A model generated the notes under the pieces. It saw only the letters and a list, made by a program, of their open reading frames with translations, made no database searches and was not told where the DNA came from. A stretch of DNA of 64,000 bases from the human T2T-CHM13v2.0 reference genome, Homo sapiens, in the NCBI RefSeq assembly GCF_009914755.1, contig NC_060933.1; one strand, 5' to 3'. Position numbers and translations under genes: made by a program. This document shows positions 55,901-64,000 of this stretch, piece after piece. Each line of letters opens with the position of its first letter. Position 1 is the first letter of the stretch.

Positions 55901-58299
55901 CGTAATGGAATGGAAAGGAATGGAATGGAATGGAATGGAATGGAATGGAATGGAATCAACTCGATGGCAATCGAATGGAATGGAATGGAATTAACCCGAA
56001 TAGAATGGAATGGAATGGAATGGAACGGAACGGAATGGAATGGAATGGAATGGAATGGAATGGAACGGAACGGAATGGAACGGAATGGAATGGAATGGAA
56101 TCAACGCGAGTGCAGGGGAATGGAATGGAATGGAATGCATTCGAATGGAATCTTCCGGAATGGAATGCAAAGGAATGGAATGGAATGAAAGGCAATGGAT
56201 TCAACTCGATTGCAATGGAATGGAATAGAATGGAATGGAATGGAATGGAATGGAAAGGAATGGAATTGAATGGAATGGAATACCTTCAAACCGAATGGAA
56301 TGGAAAGGAATGGAATCAACACGAGTGGAAAGGAATGGAATGGAAAGGAATGGAATGGAATGGTACGGAATAGAATGGAATGGAACGAACTGGAATGGAA
56401 TGGAATGGAATGCAATGGAATGGAATGGAATGGAATCGTTCCGAGTGGAATAGGATGGAATGGATTCGAGTGGAATGGAAAGGAATGGAATCAACCAGAG
56501 TGGAATGGAAGGGAATGGAATGGAATGGAAACTAATAGAATGGAATCAACCCGAGTGGAATGGAATGGAAAGGACTGGAATGGAATGGAATGGAATGGAA
56601 TGGTATGAAATCAACTCGATTATAATGGAATGGAATGGAATGGAATGGAATGGAATGGAATGGAATGGAATTAACCCGAATACAATGGAATGGAATGGAA
56701 TGGAACGGAATGGAGTGGAATGGAATGGAATCAACCCGACTGCAGGGGAATGGAATGGAATGGAATGCAATGCAATGGAATCATCCGGAATGGAATGGAA
56801 TGGAATGGAATGCAAAGCAATGGAATCAACTCGATTGCAATGGATTGGAATGGAATGGAAAGGAATAGAATGGAATCAACCCGAGTGTAATGGAATGGAA
56901 AGGACTGGAATGGAGTGGAATGGAATGGAATGGAATGGAATGGAATCAACTCGATTGTAATGGAATGGAATGGAATGGAATGGAATGGAATGGAATTAAC
57001 CCGAATAGAATGGAATGGAATGGAATGGAACAGAATGGAATGGAATGGAATGGAATGGAATGGAATGGAATCAACCCGACTGCAGGGGAATGGAATGGAA
57101 TGGAATGGAATGGAATGGAATGGAATCATCCGGAACGGAATGGAATGGAATGGAATGGAATCAACTCGATTGCAATGGAATGGAATGGAATGGAATGGAA
57201 TCGATTGGAATGGAGTGGAATTAACCGGAATAGAATGGAATGGAATGGAATGGAACGGAATGAAATGGAATGGAATGGAATGGAATGGAATGGAATGGAA
57301 TCAACCCGAGTGCAGGGGAATGGAATGGAATGGAATGCAATGGAATGGAATCATCCGGAATGGAATGGAATGGAATGGAATGCAATCAACCTGATGCAAT
57401 GGAATGGAGTGCAATGGAATGGAATGGAATGGAAACATCCCGAATGGAATGGAATGTAATGGAGTGTAAGGGAATTGAATAGAATCAATCCGAATGTAAT
57501 GGAATGGAATGGAATGAAATGGAATGGAATGGAATGGAATGGAATCAACCTGAGTGCAATGGAATGGATTCGAATGGAATGGAATGGAATGGAATGGATT
57601 CAACAAGAATGGAATGGAAAGGAATGGAATCAACCCGAGTGTAATGGCATGGAATGGAACGGAATGGAATGGGATGGAATGGAATGGTACGGAATAGAAT
57701 GGAATGGAATGAAATGGAATAGAATGGAATGGAATGGAATGGAATGGAATGAACCCGTGTGCAATGGAATGGAATGGAATGGAATGGAATGGATTCAACT
57801 CGAATGGAATCAACTCGATTGCAATGGAATGGAATGGAATAGAAAGGAATAGAATGGAATCAACCCGAGTGGAATGGAATGGAAAGGACTGGAATGGAGT
57901 GGAATGGAATGGAATGGAATGGAATTAACCCGAATAGAATGAAATGGAACGGAATGGAATGGAATGTAATGGAATGGAATGGAATGGAATCAACCCGAGT
58001 GCAGGGGAATGGAATGGAATGGAATGCAAAGGAATGGAATCATCCGGAATGGAATGGAATGGAATGGAATGGAATGGAATCAACTCGATTACAATGGAAA
58101 TGGAATGGAATAGAATGGAATGGAATTAACACGAATAGAATGGAAAGGAATGGAATTGAATGGAACAGAAAGGAATGGAATGGAATGGAATGGAATCAAC
58201 CCAAGTGCAGGGGAATGGAATGGAATGGAATACAATGGAATGGAATCATCCGGAATGGAATGGAATGGAATGGAATGGAATGGAATGGAATGGAATGGA

Positions 58300-61200
58300 A
58301 TCAACCCGAGTGCAATGGAATGGAGAGGAATGGAATGGAATGGAATGGAAACTACACGAATCGAATGGAATGTAATGGAGTGTAAGGGAATTGAATAGAA
58401 TGAATCCGAATGGAATGGAATGGAAAGGAATGGAATGGAATGGAATGGAATGGAATGGAATGGAATGGAATGCAATGCCATGGAATCAACCCGAGTGCAA
58501 TCGAATGGAATCGAATGGAATGGAATGCAATGGAATGGATTCAACTTGAATGGAATGGAAAGAATGGAATCAACACGAGTGGAATGGCATGGATTGGAAT
58601 GGAATGGAATGGAATCAACCCGAGTACAGGGGAATGGAATGGAATGGAATGAAATGGTATGGAATCATCCGTAATGTAATGGAAAGGAATGGAATGGAAT
58701 GGAATGGAATGGAATCAACTCTATTGCAATCGAATGGAATGGAATGGAATTAACCCGAATAGAATGGAATGGAATGGAATAGAATGGAATGGAACGGAAC
58801 GGAACGGAATGGAATGGAATGGAATGCAATGCAATGGAACGCAATGGAATCAACTGATTGCAATGGAATGGAATGGAATGGAATGGAATGGAATGGAATG
58901 GAATGGAATTAACCCGAATAGAATGGAATGGAATTAAATGGAACGGAACGGAATGGAATGGAATGGAATGGAATGGAATGGAATGGAATGCAATCAACCC
59001 GACTGCAGGGGAATGGAATGGAATGGAATGCAATGGAATGGATTCAACTTGAATGGAATGGAAAGAATGGAATCAACACGAGTAGAATGGCATGGATTGG
59101 AATGGAATGGAATGGAATTAACCCGAGTACAGGGGAATGGAATGGAATGGAATGCAATGGAATGGAATCATCCGTAATGGAATGGAAAGGAATGGAATGG
59201 AATGGAATGGAATGGAATGGAATGGAATCAACTCGATTGCAATCGAATGGAATGGAATGGAATTAACCCAAATAGAATGGAATGGAATGGAATGGAACGG
59301 AACGGAACGGAATGGAATGGAATGGAATGGAATGGAATGGAACGGAAAGGAATGGAATGGAACGGAATGGAATGGAATGGAATGGAATGGAATCAACGCG
59401 AGTGCAGGGGAATGGAATAGAATGGAATGCAATGGAATGGAATCTTCCGGAATGGAATGGAATGGAATGGAATGGAATCAACCCGAGTGCAATGGAATGG
59501 AGTGGAATGGAATGGAATGGAATGGAAAAACCCGAATGGAATGGAATGTAATGCAGAGTAAAGGAGTTGAATAGAATCATTCCGAATGTAATGGAATGGA
59601 ATGGAACGGAATGGAATTGAATGGAATGGAATGGAATGCAATGGAATGGAATCAACCCGAGTGCAATGGAATGGAGAGGAATGGAATGGAATGGAATGGA
59701 AACTACCCGAATGGAATGGAATGTAATGGAGTGTAAGGAATTGAATAGAATCAATCCGAATGTAATGGAATGGAATGGAACGGAATGGAATGGAATGGAA
59801 TGGAATGGAATCAACCCGAGTGCAATCGAATGGAATCGAATGGAATGCAATGCAATGGAATGGATTCAACTTCAATGGAATGGAAAGAATGGAATCAACA
59901 CGAGTGGAATGGCATGGATTGGAATGGAATGGAATGGAATCAACCCGAGTACAGGGGAATGGAATGGAATGGAATGCAATGGAATGGAATCATCCGTAAT
60001 GGAATGGAAACGAATGGAATGGAATGGAATGGAATGGAATGGAATGGAATCAACTCGATTGCAATCGAATGGAATGGAATGGAATTAACGCAAATAGAAT
60101 GGAATGGAATGGAATGGAACGGAACGGAATGGAATGGAATGGAATGGAATGGAACGGAACGGAACGGAATGGAATGGAAAGGAATGGAATGGAAAGGAAT
60201 CAACGCGAGTGCAGGGGAATGGAATGGAATGGAATGCAATGGAATGGAATCTTCCGGAATGGAATGGAATGGAATGGAATGGAATGGAATCAACCCGAGT
60301 GCAATGGAATGGAGTGGAATGGAATGGAATGGAATGGAGCAACCCGAATGGAATGGAATGTAATGGAGAGTAAGGGAGTTGAATAGAATCAATCCGAATG
60401 TAATGGAATGGAATGGAACGGAATGGAATTGAATGGAATGGAATGGAATGGAATCAACCCTAGTGCAATGGAATGGAGAGGAATGGAATGGAATGGAATG
60501 GAAACTACCCGAATCGAATGGAATGTAATGGAGTGTAAGGGAATTGAATAGAATGAATCCGAATGGAATGGAATGGAAAGGAATGGAATGGAATGGAATG
60601 GAATGGAATGGAATGGAATGCAATGCCATGGAATCAACCCGAGTGCAATCGAATGGAATCGAATGGAATGGAATGCAATGGAATGGATTCAACTTGAATG
60701 GAATGGAAAGAATGGAATCAACACGAGTGGAATGGCATGGAATGGAATGGAATGGAATGGAATCAACCCGAGTACAGGGGAATGGAATGGAATGGAATGA
60801 AATGGTATGGAATCATCCGTAATGTAATGGAAAGGAATGGAATGGAATGGAATGGAATGGAATCAACTCTATTGCAATCGAATGGAATGGAATGGAATTA
60901 ACCCGAATAGAATGGAATGGAATGGAATAGAATGGAATGGAACGGAACGGAACGGAATGGAATGGAATGGAATGGAATGCAATGGAATGCAATGGAATCA
61001 ACTGATTGCAATGGAATGGAATGGAATGGAATGGAATGGAATGGAATGGAATTAACCCGAATAGAATGGAATGGAATTAAATGGAACGGAACGGAATGGA
61101 ATGGAATGGAATGGAATGGAATGGAATGGAATGGAATCAACCCGACTGCAGGGGAATGGAATGGAATGGAATGAAATGGAATGGATTCAACTTGAATGGA

Positions 61201-62610
61201 ATGGAAAGAATGGAATCAACACGAGTAGAATGGCATGGATTGGAATGGAATGGAATGGAATCAACCCGAGTACAGGGGAATGGAATGGAATGGAATGCAA
61301 TGGAATGGAAACATCCGTAATGGAATGGAAAGGAATGGAATGGAATGGAATGGAATGGAATGGAATGGAATGGAATGGAATCAACTCGATTGCAATCGAA
61401 TGGAATGGAATGGAATTAACCCAAATAGAATGGAATGGAATGGAATGGAACGGAACGGAACGGAATGGAATGGAATGGAATGGAATGGAATGGAATGGAA
61501 CGGAAAGGAATGGAATGGAACGGAATGGAATGGAATGGAATGGAATGGAATCAACGCGAGTGCAGGGGAATGGAATAGAATGGAATGCAATGGAATGGAA
61601 TCTTCCGGAATGGAATGGAATGGAATGGAATGGAATCAACCCGAGTGCAATGGAAAGGAGTGGAATGGAATGGAATGGAATGGAACAACCCGAATGGAAT
61701 GGAATGTAATGCAGAGTAAAGGAGTTGAATAGAATCATTCCGAATGTAATGGAATGGAATGGAACGGAATGGAATTGAATGGAATGGAATGGAATGCAAT
61801 GGAATGGAATCAACCCGAGTGCAATGGAATGGAGAGGAATGGAATGGAATGGAATGGAAACTACCCGAATGGAATGGAATGTAATGGAGTGTAAGGAATT
61901 GAATAGAATCAATCCGAATGTAATGGAATGGAATGGAACGGAATGGAATGGAATGGAATGGAATGGAATCAACCCGAGTGCAATCGAATGGAATCGAATG
62001 GAATGCAATGCAATGGAATGGATTCAACTTGAATGGAATGGAAAGAATGGAATCAACACGAGTGGAATGGCATGGATTGGAATGGAATGGAATGGAATCA
62101 ACCCGAGTACAGGGGAATGGAATGGAATGGAATGCAATGGAATGGAATCATCCATAATGGAATGGAAAGGAATGGAATGGAATGGAATGGAATGGAATGG
62201 AATGGAATGGAATCAACTCGATTGCAATCGAATGGAATGGAATGGAATTAACGCAAATAGAATGGAATGGAATGGAATGGAACGGAACGGAATGGAATGG
62301 AATGGAATGGAATGGAACGGAACGGAACGGAATGGAATGGAAAGGAATGGAATGGAAAGGAATCAACGCGAGTGCAGGGGAATGGAATGCAATGGAATGC
62401 AATGGAATGGAATCTTCCGGAATGGAATGGAATGGAATGGAATGGAATGGAATCAACCCGAGTGCAATGGAATGGAGTGGAATGGAATGGAATGGAATGG
62501 AACAACCCGAATTGAATGGAATGTAATGGAGAGTAAGGGAGTTGAATAGAATCAATCCAAATGTAATGGAATGGAATGGAACGGAATGGAATTGAATGGA
62601 ATGGAATGGA
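58300..62610 (+). repeat. ~2.15-kb tandem duplication
   Basis: Private variants at offsets of 2148-2163: GCCATGG 58477/60625, CAACTCTATTGC 58716/60864, CAACTGATTG 58851/60999, GCAGAGTAAAGGAG 59553/61711, GTGTAAGGAATTG 59731/61889, AACGCAAATAG ~60087/62250. Confidence 0.92.
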
Positions 62611-64000
62611 ATGCATGGAATGGAATCAACCCGAGTTCAACGGAATGGAGAGGAATGGAATGGAATGGAATGGAAACTACCCGAATGGAATGGAATGTAA
62701 TGGAGTGTAAGGGAATTGAATAGAATCAATCTGAATGGAATGGAATGGAATGGAATGCAAAGCAATGGAATCAACTCGATTGCAGTGGAATGGAAAGGAA
62801 TGGAAAGGAATACATTGGAATCAACCCGAGTGGAATGGAATGGAAAGGACTGGAATGGAGTGGAATGGAACGGAATGGAATGGAATGGAATCAACTCGAT
62901 TGGAATGGAATGGAATGGAATGGAATGGAATGGAATGGGATGGAATGGAATGGAATCAACCCGACTGAAGGGGAATGGAATGGAATGGAATGCAATGGAA
63001 TGGATTCAACTTGAATGGAATGGAAAGAATGGAATCAACACGAGTGGAATGGCATGGATTGGAATGGAATGGAATGGAATGAACCCGAGTACAGGGGAAT
63101 GGAATGGAATGGAATGCAATGGAATGGAATCATCCGTAATGGAATGGAAAGGAATGGAATGGAATGGAATGGAATGGAATGGAATGGAATGGAATCAACT
63201 CGATTGCAATCGATTGGAATGGAATGGAATTAACCCGAATAGAATGGAATGGAATGGAATGGAACGGAACGGAACGGAATGGAACGGAATGCAATGGAAT
63301 GGAATGGAACGGAAAGAACGGAATGGAATGGAATGCAATGGAATGGAATCATCCAGAATGGAATGGAATGGAATGGAATGGAATGGAATGGAATGGAATC
63401 AACTCGATTTCAATGGAATGGAATGGAATAGAATGGAATGGAATTAACAAGAATAGAATGGAATGGAATGGAATAGAATGGAACAGAATGGAATGGAATG
63501 GAATGGAATGGAATCAACCCAAGTGCAGGGGAATGGAATGGAATGGAATTCCATGGAATGGAATCATCCGGAATGGAATGGAATGGAATGGAATGGAATG
63601 GAATGGAATGGAATGGAATCAACCCGAGTGCAATGGAATGGAGAGGAATGGAATGGAATGGAATGGAAACTACCCGAATGGAATGGAATGTAATGGAGTG
63701 TAAGGGAATTGAATAGAATGAATCCGAATGGAATGGAATGGAATGGAATGGAATGGAATGGAATGGAATGCAATGCCATGGAATCAACCCTAGTGCAATC
63801 GAATGGAATCGAATGGAATGGAATGCAATGGAATGGATTCAACTTGAATGGAATGGAAAGAATGGAATCAACACGAGTGGAATGGCATGGATTGGAATGG
63901 AATGGAATGGAATCAACCCGAGTACAGGGGAATGGAATGGAATGGAATGAAATGGAATGGAATCATCCGAAATGTAATGGAAAGGAATGGAATGGAATGG

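Larger units (their letters stand above)
3048..62423. promoter_or_regulatory. Dispersed perfect heat-shock elements nGAAnnTTCnnGAAn (GGAATCTTCCGGAAT module), at least 36 copies
   Basis: 15-mers start at 3048, 4522, 6251, 15325, 17048, 17901, 19090, 19948, 21565, 23123, 24072, 24386, 26433, 26658, 28840, 29693, 32505, 32770, 34206, 35024, 36399, 37663, 39133, 42197, 45509, 46382, 47887, 50235, 51853, 54199, 54914, 56147, 59439, 60246, 61597 and 62409. The motif match is exact; HSF1 occupancy is inferred. Confidence 0.6.
1..64000 (+). repeat. Human satellite III (HSat3) pericentromeric array, (GGAAT)n/(CATTC)n with interspersed CAACCCGA(G/A)T-type variants
   Basis: Every line is built from GGAAT pentamers and single-base variants (GCAAT, GGAAC, GGAAA, GTAAT, AGAAT, GAAAT). 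They are interrupted every ~50-150 bp by CAACCCGAGT / TAACCCGAAT / CAACTCGATT / CAACGCGAGT, the classical Sat III signature. Long perfect GGAAT runs and scarcity of the HSat2 decamer (GAATCGAATG/CATTCGATTC) argue against HSat2. The G-rich strand is on + throughout. Confidence 0.97.
1..64000 (+). ncRNA. Potential template for stress-induced G-rich Sat III lncRNA (GGAAU repeats)
   Basis: Established knowledge: heat shock induces HSF1/Pol II-dependent transcription of the G-rich strand of Sat III, mainly at 9q12. The + strand here is the G-rich strand. No start, end or proof of transcription is visible in the sequence. Confidence 0.3.

Noticed and set aside
39-63950. Hundreds of ORFs up to ~400 aa (e.g. 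11298-12521, 42619-43818, 48450-49532) encoding MEWNG or IPFHS repeats
   Set aside because: (GGAAT)n has no stop codon in any of the six frames and an ATG every 5 bp on +. Overlapping ORFs therefore arise automatically in all frames and end only at random variants. There are no domains and no preferred frame, so they are not genes.
1-64000. CRISPR-like or other repeat-spacer array (recurring CAACCCGAGT words separated by spacers)
   Set aside because: The spacers are GGAAT runs rather than unique sequence, their lengths are irregular, there are no cas genes, and the context is eukaryotic satellite.
1-64000. Assignment to HSat2, DYZ1 (Yq12, ~3.6-kb unit) or the ~1.8-kb chr15 Sat III unit
   Set aside because: The HSat2 decamer is scarce and long pure GGAAT runs dominate. 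Landmark spacing is irregular, with no constant 3.6-kb or 1.8-kb period.

Overview
The whole 64-kb window is primate (almost certainly human) classical satellite III (HSat3). It consists of (GGAAT)n on the + strand, interrupted by CAACCCGA(G/A)T-type variant 'modules'. I found no genes, transposon insertions, strand inversions or CRISPR arrays. Every ORF in the track is an artefact of the stop-free pentamer (MEWNG / IPFHS repeats). The module content resembles the chromosome 9q12 Sat III array; this rests on recalled primer sequence and needs checking. I found no new gene system, but the array has hidden structure. (1) At least 36 perfect three-pentamer heat-shock elements, nearly all GGAAT-CTTCC-GGAAT, one base away from a non-HSE sister module. 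(2) A fixed-order module grammar that is reshuffled at pure GGAAT linkers. (3) Nested tandem duplications of about 60, 95, 250, 770, 1200, 2045, 2150 and 2700 bp. (4) Rare marker blocks whose sister copies recur at about 8.3-8.7 kb and rough multiples of it. (5) A CpG-deamination signature. All coordinates, counts and offsets were read by eye and may be off by a few bases.
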